Source of the DNA: Alphaproteobacteria bacterium
GTDB lineage: Bacteria; Pseudomonadota; Alphaproteobacteria; Micropepsales; Micropepsaceae
Assembly (NCBI GenBank): GCA_019242395.1
Contig: JAFAVP010000174.1
Location: 1-59,521, forward strand
Length of the DNA stretch: 59,521 bases
Reading direction: 5' to 3'
Made by a program: the position numbers and the translations under genes. The notes below the pieces were generated by a model that saw nothing but the letters and a program-made list of their open reading frames with translations, did not search any database and was not told where the DNA came from. Positions 38,200-48,136 of the stretch are shown one piece after another; position 1 is the first letter of the stretch; every line of letters begins with the position of its first letter.

Positions 38200-38733
38200 C
38201 TAGCAGCAGCCAGTGAGGGCGCAAGCCTCGCGTAAGCGGCGTTCCAAGGTCACAAAACTGAACGCGATTCCAGCTGTGTCGCCGGCCGCGTGATCTTCGC
38301 GGGTGACTTCTTTCCATTCAAGCGGACTGAACACCGGCATCGTAACATCGCCACTGAAAGCCGCATGCACTTCCGTGAGATACACGCGCATGGCCAGCGG
38401 CAATACGGCGCGATATATGTGTGCACCACCGATCACCGCAATTTCCTGGGGCGATTCCGCCTCGGCGCGTGGAACCGCTTCCTCAAGCGACAACACAGTG
38501 ATCGCTCCTTCTGCGCGGAAGCCTGAATCCCGGGTAAGGACGATGTTCGTGCGGCCCGGCAGCGGCCTCTTCGGCAAGCTGTCCCACGTCTTCCGGCCCA
38601 TAATGCAGGGCTTGCCCATCGTCACCGCTTTGAAGTGACGCATGTCGGCGGGGATGTACCACGGAATCTTCCCATGTTGCCCGATTACGCCATTGGCTGC
38701 TTGCGCCACCACCAGAGCAATCGGTGCGCTCAC
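38200..38733 (-). CDS. folA: Dihydrofolate reductase
   Basis: NGVIG..IPW, MGRKTWDS, LPGRTNIVLT, IGGA. Confidence 0.96.
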   Translation of the reverse strand: MSAPIALVVAQAANGVIGQHGKIPWYIPADMRHFKAVTMGKPCIMGRKTWDSLPKRPLPGRTNIVLTRDSGFRAEGAITVLSLEEAVPRAEAESPQEIAVIGGAHIYRAVLPLAMRVYLTEVHAAFSGDVTMPVFSPLEWKEVTREDHAAGDTAGIAFSFVTLERRLREACALTGCC

Positions 38734-39227
38734 AATTCGGCCAACCGCGCCAGCGCTTCACCGTCCAGGCGGAAGACCGTCCACTCCTCCATCGCCCTGG
38801 CGCCCAGCGCCTCGTAGAGTCTGATGGACGACGTGTTCCAGTCGAGCACCCACCACTCGAAGCGTGCACAACCTTCGTGCATCGCGCGTGCCGCCAGATG
38901 CTTGAGCAGGGCCTTGCCGGCGCCTTGCCCTCGGAACTGCGGCCGGACGTACAGATCCTCCAGATAAATTCCATGCCGAGCCTTGAAGGTCGAGAAATTA
39001 TAGAACCACAAGGCGAAGCCCACTGCTTGACCGTCCACTTCGGCGATCTCGCAGAACGTGCGGGGGGCAGACGCGAACAGCGATGCCGCAATTTCGCTTT
39101 CAGTAGCCACGCATTCGTGCCGCAGCCGCTCGTATTCTGCGAGTTCCTGGATAAGCGCGAGGATCAACCCGGCATCGCCGGGCCGCGCTGCCCGAATTTC
39201 AACCTTGCCGCCCTTTGCGCCGCTCAC
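38730..39227 (-). CDS. GNAT acetyltransferase (spermidine/diamine acetyltransferase-like)
   Basis: NFSTFKARHGIYLEDLYV, RGQGAG, WVLDWN; GAGGAGG RBS. Confidence 0.88.
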   Translation of the reverse strand: MSGAKGGKVEIRAARPGDAGLILALIQELAEYERLRHECVATESEIAASLFASAPRTFCEIAEVDGQAVGFALWFYNFSTFKARHGIYLEDLYVRPQFRGQGAGKALLKHLAARAMHEGCARFEWWVLDWNTSSIRLYEALGARAMEEWTVFRLDGEALARLAEL

Positions 39228-39335
39228 ACTATACCTCCTCATTCACCATAGCGGCCATTCGCCCCTTCCGTAACCCAGCCGCGGAACTATGCTGACGCCG
39301 ATCTTGTTCTAGGGGTCGGGAAAAGGAGCAATTCC

Positions 39336-40010
39336 ATGAAGCGAATACTGTTCGGTGCCCTGATCCTGGCGCTCGGTGCGACTGCGCCGGCGCTGGCCCA
39401 GCACCGGCCGCACTCGGTTGCCGCAGCTCGCAGTCATCCGGCCATGCACGCTCGCACCACAGTGCATGTGCGGGCTCGTCCCATAATGCATGCGCGCGCG
39501 CCGCACCGCATCGTTGGCCATTTCCGAACGAGCGGCCGGCATGCGGCGCATCGCACCCTCCGCCTTTCCCATCGGTCGACGCATCATGCCACGCGGCGCG
39601 CGACACACAGCGCGGTTCATCACGCCACGCACCGTGCCACCGGCCATGCGATCCACCACGTAGCCAGGCATGCGGTCCACCATGCCGCGCAGCACGCGCT
39701 CCGCCATGAAGTGCGCGCGGCAGCGGCCAAGGGACCTTTCGCGAAGGTCCAGAAAACCGTCTATGCCAAGCGCCGCTTCCATGCCGGCGGATACAGGAGC
39801 CCGCCCGGTTGGTTCGTGCATCATTGGGTGCTGGGCGAGCGGCTGCCGCGGCCGTGGTTCGTGCGCGACTACTGGCTGATGGACTGGCACCTCTACGGCT
39901 TGTGGGCGCCCGTGGATGGACTCATCTGGGTTCGCGTCGGCAACGACGCGCTGCTGATCGACCCCGACAGCGGCGAAATTATCGGGATCGAATACGACGT
40001 ATTCTGGTGA
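39336..40010 (+). CDS. RcnB family protein with His-rich N-terminal region
   Basis: Signal peptide, His-rich repeats, C-terminal W..GERLP...YGL..P...WVRVGNDALLID. Confidence 0.85.
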   Translation: MKRILFGALILALGATAPALAQHRPHSVAAARSHPAMHARTTVHVRARPIMHARAPHRIVGHFRTSGRHAAHRTLRLSHRSTHHATRRATHSAVHHATHRATGHAIHHVARHAVHHAAQHALRHEVRAAAAKGPFAKVQKTVYAKRRFHAGGYRSPPGWFVHHWVLGERLPRPWFVRDYWLMDWHLYGLWAPVDGLIWVRVGNDALLIDPDSGEIIGIEYDVFW

Positions 40011-40139
40011 TCACGAGCCCGTGAGGATGTTGCGGGCCGCAGGCCAAACCGCGGCTCGCGACACCTCGATACAGCTGCCGCAAAAATGCCGCGCAACATC
40101 TTTGCGCCCGTGCCTATTCCATCCGGAGATGGAGCTGCC

Positions 40140-40691
40140 ATGAAAACCCCTCTTGCCGCTGCAATCGGGCTCGGCCTTGCGCTGACGGCGCTGCCCGCTG
40201 CCGCGCAGAACCACGATGTCGACAAGCGCGTGGTGGTGCACAAAGGAAACAAGACTGTCCGGCGAACCGTGGACGAGAGACCCAATGGAAGCGTCGAGCG
40301 CCGAACGGTCACGGAGCGGCCAAACGGCACCGACGTGCGCCGCACCCAGATCGAGGGCGCGAACGGGAATGTCGTGAACCGCACGGTGCGCGAGCGCCCG
40401 AACGGCAATGTCAACGTGCGGATCACGCGCAAAGCCTTCAATGCGCCGCGCCGCTTCCACATCGCGCGGCCGTGGGTGGCGCCGCGGGGCTTTGTCTTCC
40501 GCCACTTCCGGCTCGGCGAGCGCGTGCCGAGCGTGTTGCTGGCGGCGGACTACTTCCTGCTCACGCCGTGGCTCTACGGCCTTGAGCCTGCGCCTCCGGG
40601 GTATGTGTGGATCCGCGAAGGCGCCGACGCCGTGCTGGTCGACCGCTACACCGGCGAGGTCGCACAGGTGGCCTACGACGTCTTTTATTGA
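40140..40691 (+). CDS. RcnB family protein with ERPNG repeats
   Basis: Signal peptide, 13-aa repeats, GERVP...YGLEPAPPGYVWIREGADAVLVD. Confidence 0.85.
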   Translation: MKTPLAAAIGLGLALTALPAAAQNHDVDKRVVVHKGNKTVRRTVDERPNGSVERRTVTERPNGTDVRRTQIEGANGNVVNRTVRERPNGNVNVRITRKAFNAPRRFHIARPWVAPRGFVFRHFRLGERVPSVLLAADYFLLTPWLYGLEPAPPGYVWIREGADAVLVDRYTGEVAQVAYDVFY

Positions 40692-40715
40692 TCGTCTGAG
40701 GTCTGTCTGAAGAAC

Positions 40716-40752
40716 AAGCCCTGGCGCCAACACCGCCGGGGCTTCTCTTTTT
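40716..40752. terminator. Terminator hairpin between the convergent RcnB gene and thyA
   Basis: AAGCCCTGGCG...CGCCGGGGCTT followed by a T-rich tract. Confidence 0.55.
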
Positions 40753-41545
40753 ACACCGCGACTGCCGCCCTGATGTGCGGGTGCGCCTGGTAGTTCTCAA
40801 GCCGGAAATCTTCATACGCGAAGGCGAAGATATCTTTCACCTGGGGATTTAGGCGCATCACCGGCAGTGGATAGGGGGCGCGGGAGAGCTGTTCCCGCGC
40901 TTGCTCGATGTGGTTCAGGTAAAGATGCGCATCACCGAAGGTGTGGATAAACTCGCCCGGTTGAAGCCCGGTCACCTGCGCCACCATCAACGTGAGCAGC
41001 GCGTAAGACGCAATGTTGAACGGCACGCCGAGGAAAATGTCGGCCGAGCGCTGATACAGCTGGCAGCTGAGGCGGCCGTTCGCCACGTAAAACTGAAACA
41101 GGCAGTGGCAGGGCGGCAGCGCCATCTTCGGCACATCGGCCGGATTCCACGCGGTGACAATCAGCCGGCGGGAATCCGGATTGCGGCGGATATCGGCAAT
41201 CAGATTCGAAATCTGGTCGATGGTGCCGCCGTCCGGGTTAGGCCATGAGCGCCACTGGTGGCCATACACGGGCCCCAATTCGCCGTCCGCATTGGCCCAC
41301 TCGTCCCAGATGCCCACGCCGCGCTCCTGCAGCCAGCGCACATTGGTGTCGCCGCGCAGGAACCACAGCAGCTCGTAGATAATCGCCTTGGTGAACAGCT
41401 TCTTGGTGGTGACGAGCGGGAACCCTTGCGCCAGATCGAAGCGCATCTGGTGACCGAAGATAGAGCGTGTGCCCGTGCCGGTGCGGTCGTGCTTTTCCAC
41501 GCCCGTTCCGAGCGTGCGGTGCAGCAGGTCAAGATACTGGCGCAT
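40751..41545 (-). CDS. thyA: Thymidylate synthase
   Basis: DRTGTGT, ELLWFL, MALPPCH, YQRSAD, FNIASY. Confidence 0.98.
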   Translation of the reverse strand: MRQYLDLLHRTLGTGVEKHDRTGTGTRSIFGHQMRFDLAQGFPLVTTKKLFTKAIIYELLWFLRGDTNVRWLQERGVGIWDEWANADGELGPVYGHQWRSWPNPDGGTIDQISNLIADIRRNPDSRRLIVTAWNPADVPKMALPPCHCLFQFYVANGRLSCQLYQRSADIFLGVPFNIASYALLTLMVAQVTGLQPGEFIHTFGDAHLYLNHIEQAREQLSRAPYPLPVMRLNPQVKDIFAFAYEDFRLENYQAHPHIRAAVAV

Positions 41546-41768
41546 GGCCGGAAGGGCTCCTTCTTCACTGTATTCCGCATGCTGGGCGGAGGTACTCCTC
41601 CCGCTCGACGAGGGCCCCGAAATCTGTGGATCAGATGGGTTCGGCCGGATGCACTAGCTTACCAAAAGGCAATCTTGGTACCGCAACCAACCTGCTGCTC
41701 AGGCGTAGACTTGCAAACTGATTCGGGGCGGCGGCAGCTCGCGGCGCTCCATTCTGACCGGTCAGGGA

Positions 41769-43001
41769 ATGCCTAGATTCGGAAGACTGCTCTCAGCCTT
41801 GGATGGTGTCGCGTGTTCCACAGGGATCGGCCAGGTCCGGCTCGGTGCCGGCGAGCTCCTGGACCATGCCCTTAATGCTGCGCACCGCTCAGCCTTTCGA
41901 GACCGTTCCTTCTTGCCGGCACTAGGCGTGTTGCTCGACGCGTACGAACAAGAAGCGCAATTGAACGTCTTCGGGGCGCACGCTGCCAAGTGGGATGTGC
42001 TTCGCTGTCTTTCCAACCTGCTGCGGTTTGATGCGGAAGAGGAGCAGGATCCCGGAGTTCTCGCGGAGCCGATCGAGGCGCCCATCTTCATCACGGGCCT
42101 TCCGCGCGCGGGAACTACCTTGTTGCATTCGCTTCTGGCCGAAGACGCCATGTTGCTCGTCCCTCGCTGCTGGCAGACTATGTCACCGTACCCGGGAGGG
42201 GGGAGAGACGCCCGACGCCAGCGGGTCGAGAGCCAACTGCGCATGTTCCAACGGCTCGCGCCAGAGATTGCCTCTCTGCACGCATTGTCAGCCGATGCGC
42301 CGCAGGAATGCACGGAGATTACGGCCCAAGTATTTCAGAGCGTTCGTTACGAGGCGACCCATCGGGTGCCGTCCTACCAGCGGTGGCTGGACTCTCATGG
42401 ACACCTCGCCGCTTACCGCTTCCACAAACGCTTTCTGCAACATTTGCAGCATCAGAGCCGAGCTCTCCCGTGGGTGCTGAAGTGCCCCGATCATATCCAT
42501 GCGTTAAAGGCGATAGATGCGGTGTATCCCGACGCCCGTTTCGTCTTCTTCCATCGCGATCCGCTGCATGTCATCGCCTCGGCATCGAAACTGACGGAAG
42601 TCCTGCGCCGTCCGTTCACGCGAAAAATCGATAAGGGCGAAATCGGCCGTCAGGTCACGGCACGAGTCCGCGAGGCCGCAGAAGTCATGATCTCCCGATC
42701 CCGCGCCACATCCGAACGCATTTTGCACATCCACTACCTGTCGTTCAGCCGCAATCCGCTGGGCACCGTAGAGCAGTTCTACTCTCATTTCGGGATGCAG
42801 ATCAGTGAAGCCACGCGCGGCAGAATCGCGGCACACCTCGTAAGCGCGCGAACACCGAAGAACCGTTACGACATGAATGAGTTTGGGCTGGAGCCCTCGG
42901 AACTCTGCCGGCAATTTATGCCATACGTCGAGCAGTTTGGCGTCGCTCGGGAGCTGGCGGCCTGGAACACGGCGAGCGCGCACGCCTCGCTCGCCGCATG
43001 A
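41769..43001 (+). CDS. Sulfotransferase family protein
   Basis: IFITGLPRAGTT, WVLKCPDH, HRDP. Confidence 0.85.
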   Translation: MPRFGRLLSALDGVACSTGIGQVRLGAGELLDHALNAAHRSAFRDRSFLPALGVLLDAYEQEAQLNVFGAHAAKWDVLRCLSNLLRFDAEEEQDPGVLAEPIEAPIFITGLPRAGTTLLHSLLAEDAMLLVPRCWQTMSPYPGGGRDARRQRVESQLRMFQRLAPEIASLHALSADAPQECTEITAQVFQSVRYEATHRVPSYQRWLDSHGHLAAYRFHKRFLQHLQHQSRALPWVLKCPDHIHALKAIDAVYPDARFVFFHRDPLHVIASASKLTEVLRRPFTRKIDKGEIGRQVTARVREAAEVMISRSRATSERILHIHYLSFSRNPLGTVEQFYSHFGMQISEATRGRIAAHLVSARTPKNRYDMNEFGLEPSELCRQFMPYVEQFGVARELAAWNTASAHASLAA

Positions 43002-43963
43002 AACTCATTGCGCTGTTAGCATTTTGCGCGGGCACGGGGCTCACAGTCTTCCTGATCGTGCATGCGGGCTTGACCCCGGTCGCCAGCGCGCTGGCCTCTC
43101 TTGGCGTGACCGGCCTATTGGTGATTGCGCTGGTGCATCTGCCGGTCGTGGCAATGCTTGGAGCGGCTTGGTGGGCGGTGGGCCGGGGGCAGGGCCGGCG
43201 GGCTTTGTCCCGCTTCATCTGGGCGCGCGCGATCCGCGATGCCGCCGCCGAGGCGCTGCCGTTTTCGCAGGTGGGCGGCTATGTGATTGGAGCGCGCGCG
43301 CTTTCGCTTACGGGCACGGATGCCGCCTCCTCCGCTGTATCCACATTGCTGGACCTTGTGCTGGAACTACTGCCCAAGCTTCCCTACGTGCTGCTCGGCC
43401 TTATTTTGCTGGAGGCAGCGAAGCCCAGTTCCGGCACCGCCGTCGCGATTGTGGCCTTCCTGGTTGTTTTAATCGTTGCGGCGGCGGTGCTTCGCCCGAA
43501 CGCAAAACGGTTCGGAATGGGCTGGATCGAACGCTTCCTAGCCCGCTGGCCGCGGCTGGCCGAATCCCGTGAGCGCATCGCCGCAGCCTTCGCGCAGATG
43601 ACGGCGCGGCGAAGCGCTATCGCCGCAAGCCTTACCTTACATTTCGTGTGCTGGATTGCCGGCGCGGCAGAAACCTGGCTCATCTTCCGGCTAATGGGCA
43701 CATCCGTCTCGCTCCCGGCAGCGCTGGTGATTGACAGCCTGCTCGGCGCGCTGCGGATGATTTCCTTCTTCGTGCCTGCGGCAATCGGTGTGCAGGAAGG
43801 TGGTTACGTTCTCTTGTGCGGGTTGTTCGGATTTCCGCCGGGGGCCGCGCTTGCTTTCTCGTTTGCGCGCCGCGCCCGCGACATTCTCATCGCGGCGCCG
43901 GTGCTGCTGTCATGGCAGGCGATCGAGGGCCAAGCGCTGCTGCCCAGCCGCTCGAAATCGTAA
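42998..43963 (+). CDS. Lysylphosphatidylglycerol-synthase-TM / HpnL-like membrane protein
   Basis: LPFSQVGG, FFVPAAIGVQEGGY, RRARD; multi-TM. Confidence 0.8.
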   Translation: MKLIALLAFCAGTGLTVFLIVHAGLTPVASALASLGVTGLLVIALVHLPVVAMLGAAWWAVGRGQGRRALSRFIWARAIRDAAAEALPFSQVGGYVIGARALSLTGTDAASSAVSTLLDLVLELLPKLPYVLLGLILLEAAKPSSGTAVAIVAFLVVLIVAAAVLRPNAKRFGMGWIERFLARWPRLAESRERIAAAFAQMTARRSAIAASLTLHFVCWIAGAAETWLIFRLMGTSVSLPAALVIDSLLGALRMISFFVPAAIGVQEGGYVLLCGLFGFPPGAALAFSFARRARDILIAAPVLLSWQAIEGQALLPSRSKS

Positions 43964-43964
43964 C

Positions 43965-44822
43965 CTACTTGCCCATGCTCGCGAGCTTGCGCCCCCGGGC
44001 TGCAAGATAATCGTACAGCGCGTTCAGCTCGTCATCGCTGAGCTTGCTGATGCGCACGCGGGCGACGGCCGACATCATGGGAAGCTCGCGGTTTCCTGCC
44101 GCCTTGCCCGTATGCATGAATTTCAGAAAATCGGCGCGATTATAGGACGCGACGATGCTGAGGTTCGGCGGGTGCGGCGGCGGCCCCATGCTCTGCCCTT
44201 CCAGCGAGGTGCCGTGGCATTCGCCGCAAGCCGTCATCGCCATCTGCCGCGCGCGGGCATAACGCGCACCCAGATCGAGCGCCTGTTTCTGAAGAGGAAA
44301 CCAGTACTGCCCGACGTGAATGGCGCCCTTCAGGAGCGCCACGCGTTGCCAAAAGCTGTAGGAGGGGGGTGGAATATCTGGGCCGGCTGCTCTCAATGAA
44401 CGGATGTAAGAAACAATTGCCGCCGCATCAGCATCCGGCATGTACTGGAAAGCGTCGGACGGCATGCTTTCCGCCACGCTGGTTCCATCCGGACGCAAGC
44501 CTTCGCGGATGGCGTGGTCGAAATCGGCATCGGAGAAGGTGGATGCGAGCCGCGTCAGGTTGCGCGACGACACGCCGAAATCCGGAATGAAAGCGCCCTG
44601 CAGATGCGGCCGGTGGCAGTCCGCGCACCCGTAAGGCCGCACCAGATGCTGGCCGAGCGCAATCACCTTCGGATCGCGCGAGGCATGCACGCGCGAGAGC
44701 GGCAGCGGATATTGGTGGGCGATGATCGCCTCCGAAGCGGCGTACACGTAAGCCACCGCAGCGAGGGCCAGCACGGCTACGCTCGCCAGCACGAGCCCTG
44801 CCCATTTCCAGAATCGACGCAT
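43965..44822 (-). CDS. Membrane-anchored diheme cytochrome c
   Basis: Two CxxCH motifs (CADCH, CGECH) and an N-terminal TM helix. Confidence 0.9.
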   Translation of the reverse strand: MRRFWKWAGLVLASVAVLALAAVAYVYAASEAIIAHQYPLPLSRVHASRDPKVIALGQHLVRPYGCADCHRPHLQGAFIPDFGVSSRNLTRLASTFSDADFDHAIREGLRPDGTSVAESMPSDAFQYMPDADAAAIVSYIRSLRAAGPDIPPPSYSFWQRVALLKGAIHVGQYWFPLQKQALDLGARYARARQMAMTACGECHGTSLEGQSMGPPPHPPNLSIVASYNRADFLKFMHTGKAAGNRELPMMSAVARVRISKLSDDELNALYDYLAARGRKLASMGK

Positions 44823-44867
44823 CTCCCCCCGGCTTCAAATCTAAACCGTCGGAGTCTATATTATACC

Positions 44868-45146
44868 CGTTCGGGTTCGCCCGGACTATGGCGATAAACG
44901 GAAGCGTAATAAGCGGACTGGACCCGGGGGCGGTACCCGGCGGCTCCACCAAATGCTCATCGCGGTGAGCATCTGTGGGGCCGAAACAGGATCGACAGAC
45001 GTGTAAAGGCTGACCTTTCGCCCGGTATGGTATCCGCCGTTATCGGGCTAATCGTACAGGTGCCAACGATAACGAAATGGCCCTCGCTGCCTAATTAGGC
45101 AAGCGCGGTTTCGGGGAGGGCACCGGGCAACAGAAGCCCTCCCCAC
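44868..45146 (+). ncRNA. ssrA: Two-piece (circularly permuted) tmRNA; tag ANDNEMALAA
   Basis: The acceptor piece ends GACCCGGGGGCGGTACCCGGCGGCTCCACCA (44951). After an intervening hairpin, the coding piece starts GGGGCCGAAACAGGATCGAC (44977). Tag ORF at 45062-45094. Outer ends approximate. Confidence 0.93.
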
Positions 45147-45203
45147 TTCTCTGCCAAAACCGAAATCAATCCACTAAATTGGGCTAAGCGACAGGGGCAA
45201 GCT

Positions 45204-45821
45204 TTGGTGGTCGAAAACGGCGCGTACGATTTTCTATCGAACTTCAGCACGGTCGGAGCGATCGTGCTGGGCTCGATCCTGGCAACTGCGGGAGCACTGA
45301 TCGCCACGCAGATTGAATGGCGGGTAGAGAAGCGAAGGCGCGAGCAGCACGCGGCCCTGTTTTTCGGAGAGGTGCTTTCCACCTTGCTTGCGATCCTGAG
45401 AATTGCCAAGCGCGTGAAGGGGATTGGCGACCCGTATGGACCGGTCACCATGCGCATGCTGCGCCAGGCGCTTCAGGAAATCGGAATTTACGATCGCAAT
45501 CGGGAAAACCTGTACAACCTGCACGACGGAAGCCTGCGGGCGCGCATCCATACATCCGTTCTGCGAGTTTCTTCGCCCTTGAACGGCATCTTCGACACGA
45601 CGGAGGAGATGCGCGCGGGTCAGGCAAGGCTCCGCGCAGCGGACGTGACACCGAAGGAACGCAGCGAGATCGAAGCGCGCATCAAGCAGTTGACGCAAAT
45701 GCGCGAGGACGGCTTCGACTTCATGGAAGAAACGGCACAGGAGATGGAAGCTCTGGTCAAGGAACTCGAGCAGGTGGCCGGATACCGTTTTGTTGACGCA
45801 ATCGCAGCGGCGCGTCCTTAG
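45204..45821 (+). CDS. Hypothetical protein with N-terminal TM helix and coiled coil
   Basis: 205-aa ORF between ssrA and the next gene. Confidence 0.7.
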   Translation: MVVENGAYDFLSNFSTVGAIVLGSILATAGALIATQIEWRVEKRRREQHAALFFGEVLSTLLAILRIAKRVKGIGDPYGPVTMRMLRQALQEIGIYDRNRENLYNLHDGSLRARIHTSVLRVSSPLNGIFDTTEEMRAGQARLRAADVTPKERSEIEARIKQLTQMREDGFDFMEETAQEMEALVKELEQVAGYRFVDAIAAARP

Positions 45822-45835
45822 CCTATCGGCAAAGC

Positions 45836-47506
45836 ATGAGCCCTTCGGAAGAAAGAGCAGAGTCCAGTGACCATTTCGCCAGCGCGATGGAGGCAGTCCG
45901 CCCCGATCGTGGATTGTGCGTCCCGCAGTTGCGCGAAGCCGTTACGCGGATGGAGGAGGGGCGATTACCGGCGGCAGAAAAACTGACGCAGCAGTTTCTC
46001 GCGGCGCATCCTAGGAACATCGAGGGATTGCAGCTGATGGCGGAAATTGCCACACGGCTCGAGGATCATGTGCGCGCCGAGGCGCTGCTTGCCCGGTGCC
46101 TCGAAATACAACCTGATTCCGTACCGGTACGTTTCGCTTACGCTAATGCCTTGCTACGGGTGAGCAATCCGGCAGCTGCACGGGACCAGATGGAGTGGTT
46201 GCTCGCGCGCGACCCATGCAATCCCGTTTTCCGCGTGTTGAAACCGCTGGTGCTGGAGGCTTTGGGAGAGTTTCCCGAAGCAGTAGAATGCTGGTGTGAA
46301 CTTACCAAGGAATACCCGTCCCGTGTCGATTGTTTGCTGCGCTACGGCTACGCCTTGCGCACGGTCGGTGCACGCGACGAGTGCATGAGGGCGTTTCGCA
46401 AGGTCATCGCGCTCGCCCCTAGCTCCGGTGAAGCATACTGGGCGCTGGCGAACCTGAAGACCTTCCGCTTCGAGGATGCAGCGGTTGCCGCTATCGAAGC
46501 GCAGCTCGCGGGCCAGCACTTGGAGGCGGCCTCCCGGGTGCAGATGCATTTTACGTTGGGCAAGGCATATGGCGACCGCCAGCTTTATGCGGAGTCTTTT
46601 GGGCACTATGCTAAAGGCAATGCCCTGCAGCGGATGGGGCTGGGCCACGATCCTGAGATCGCCAACTCTTATGTGGCACGTTGCAAGAGCATCTTCAGCA
46701 GCGAGTTCTTTGAGCAGCGTGCGGGCTGGGGCTGCCAGAGCGGCGGGCCGATCTTCATTGTTGGGATGCTCCGCTCCGGTTCGACGTTGGTCGAGCAGAT
46801 ACTGGCCAGTCACTCACAGGTGGAAGGAACGCGGGAGTTATTCGAACTGGCAGCTATCGCGCGCGAACTGCAGAACCGCCTCACCAGAGCCGGCAACGGT
46901 TATCCGGCGGCGCTCGCTGAGGCCGAAGCGGGTGTGTTTCGCGATTTCGGCGAGATGTATCTGGAACGAGTGAAGCCGCATCGCAAGCTTGGCCGCGCCT
47001 TCTTTACCGACAAGATGGGTGCCAACTACGCGTACACCGGATTGTTGCAGCTCGCCCTGCCGAACGCGAAAATCGTTGATGTACGCCGCCACCCGCTTGC
47101 GTGCGGCTGGTCAAACTTCACCCAACTGTTCGCGAAGGGCCAGAACTTTGCGTATAGGCTATCCGATATCGGGCGGCTATATCGTGACTATGTCGAGTTG
47201 ATGGCGCATTTCGATCGCGTGCTCCCCGGCAAGGTGCACCGCGTGTTTTACGAACGGCTGGTGACAAATCCGCAGGCGGAAGTGCGCGCGCTATTGAATT
47301 ATTTGGGGTTGCCTTTCGAGGAATCCTGCCTGTCTTTTCATAAGACGGCGCGCGCGGTAACGACCATCAGCTCGGAGCAGGTGCGAAGGCCCATCTATAG
47401 CGAGGCGCTGGACGGCTGGCGCGCCTACGAACCATGGCTGGGTTCGCTGAAGACGGCGCTTGGCCCCGTTCTCGATGCCTATCCGGAGGCTCCAGCTTTC
47501 CCCTGA
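45836..47506 (+). CDS. TPR-containing sulfotransferase
   Basis: TPR N-terminus, PIFIVGMLRSGSTLVEQILASHS, FTDKM, SSEQVRRPIY. Confidence 0.9.
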   Translation: MSPSEERAESSDHFASAMEAVRPDRGLCVPQLREAVTRMEEGRLPAAEKLTQQFLAAHPRNIEGLQLMAEIATRLEDHVRAEALLARCLEIQPDSVPVRFAYANALLRVSNPAAARDQMEWLLARDPCNPVFRVLKPLVLEALGEFPEAVECWCELTKEYPSRVDCLLRYGYALRTVGARDECMRAFRKVIALAPSSGEAYWALANLKTFRFEDAAVAAIEAQLAGQHLEAASRVQMHFTLGKAYGDRQLYAESFGHYAKGNALQRMGLGHDPEIANSYVARCKSIFSSEFFEQRAGWGCQSGGPIFIVGMLRSGSTLVEQILASHSQVEGTRELFELAAIARELQNRLTRAGNGYPAALAEAEAGVFRDFGEMYLERVKPHRKLGRAFFTDKMGANYAYTGLLQLALPNAKIVDVRRHPLACGWSNFTQLFAKGQNFAYRLSDIGRLYRDYVELMAHFDRVLPGKVHRVFYERLVTNPQAEVRALLNYLGLPFEESCLSFHKTARAVTTISSEQVRRPIYSEALDGWRAYEPWLGSLKTALGPVLDAYPEAPAFP

Positions 47507-47578
47507 ATAGGACGTGAAAAGCCGCAATTGACTTGCACCGGACCGGTACTATGTTCCCGCCGGGATGCAGGATCGCGA

Positions 47579-48094
47579 ATGGCGAAAGACTACATCGGAT
47601 ATCAACATCTAACGGATTCGGCGTTACGGAGCGTCGTTCGCGACGTTTTGCGGCGAGTGGAAAAACAGGGGCTCATCGGCTCTCACCATTTCTGCATCAC
47701 CTTCAAGACCCAGTTTCCCGGCGTGGAAATTCCGGATTTCCTCCGTGAGCAATATCCGGATGAAATGATGATTATCCTTCAGCATCAATACTCCGGGCTG
47801 AAGGTGAGGGATGAGTTTTTTCAGGTGACATTGTCGTTCAAGAAGATCCCAGCGACCTTAACTGTTCCATTCGCCTCGCTGACGCAGTTCGTAGATCCCG
47901 GTGTGCAGTTTGGGCTTCAGTTTCAGGGTAGCGAGGCTGCTGAATCGGCAGCCAAGACGCCCGGTTCCCCGCTGCCGGCAGCAAAACCTGTGCCTCTCGC
48001 GCCGCCCAAGCCCGCAGCCGACGCAATGAAGGAATCGGAAAAGCCGCCTGCTCCGGCTGAAGTGGTCAGCCTCGACGCGTTCCGGAAAAAGTAG
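47579..48094 (+). CDS. sspB: ClpXP adaptor SspB (alphaproteobacterial type)
   Basis: HHFCITF, YPDEMMIILQHQ, DPGVQFGLQF, VVSLDAFRKK tail. Confidence 0.93.
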   Translation: MAKDYIGYQHLTDSALRSVVRDVLRRVEKQGLIGSHHFCITFKTQFPGVEIPDFLREQYPDEMMIILQHQYSGLKVRDEFFQVTLSFKKIPATLTVPFASLTQFVDPGVQFGLQFQGSEAAESAAKTPGSPLPAAKPVPLAPPKPAADAMKESEKPPAPAEVVSLDAFRKK

Positions 48095-48136
48095 TCAATC
48101 TGCCGGCAGCATCAACCAGCTCTGACGGGCCAGTGC

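Noticed and set aside
39560-40420. Short nucleotide periodicities as a CRISPR array
   Set aside because: They are coding repeats of the RcnB proteins; no repeat-spacer structure or cas genes were seen.
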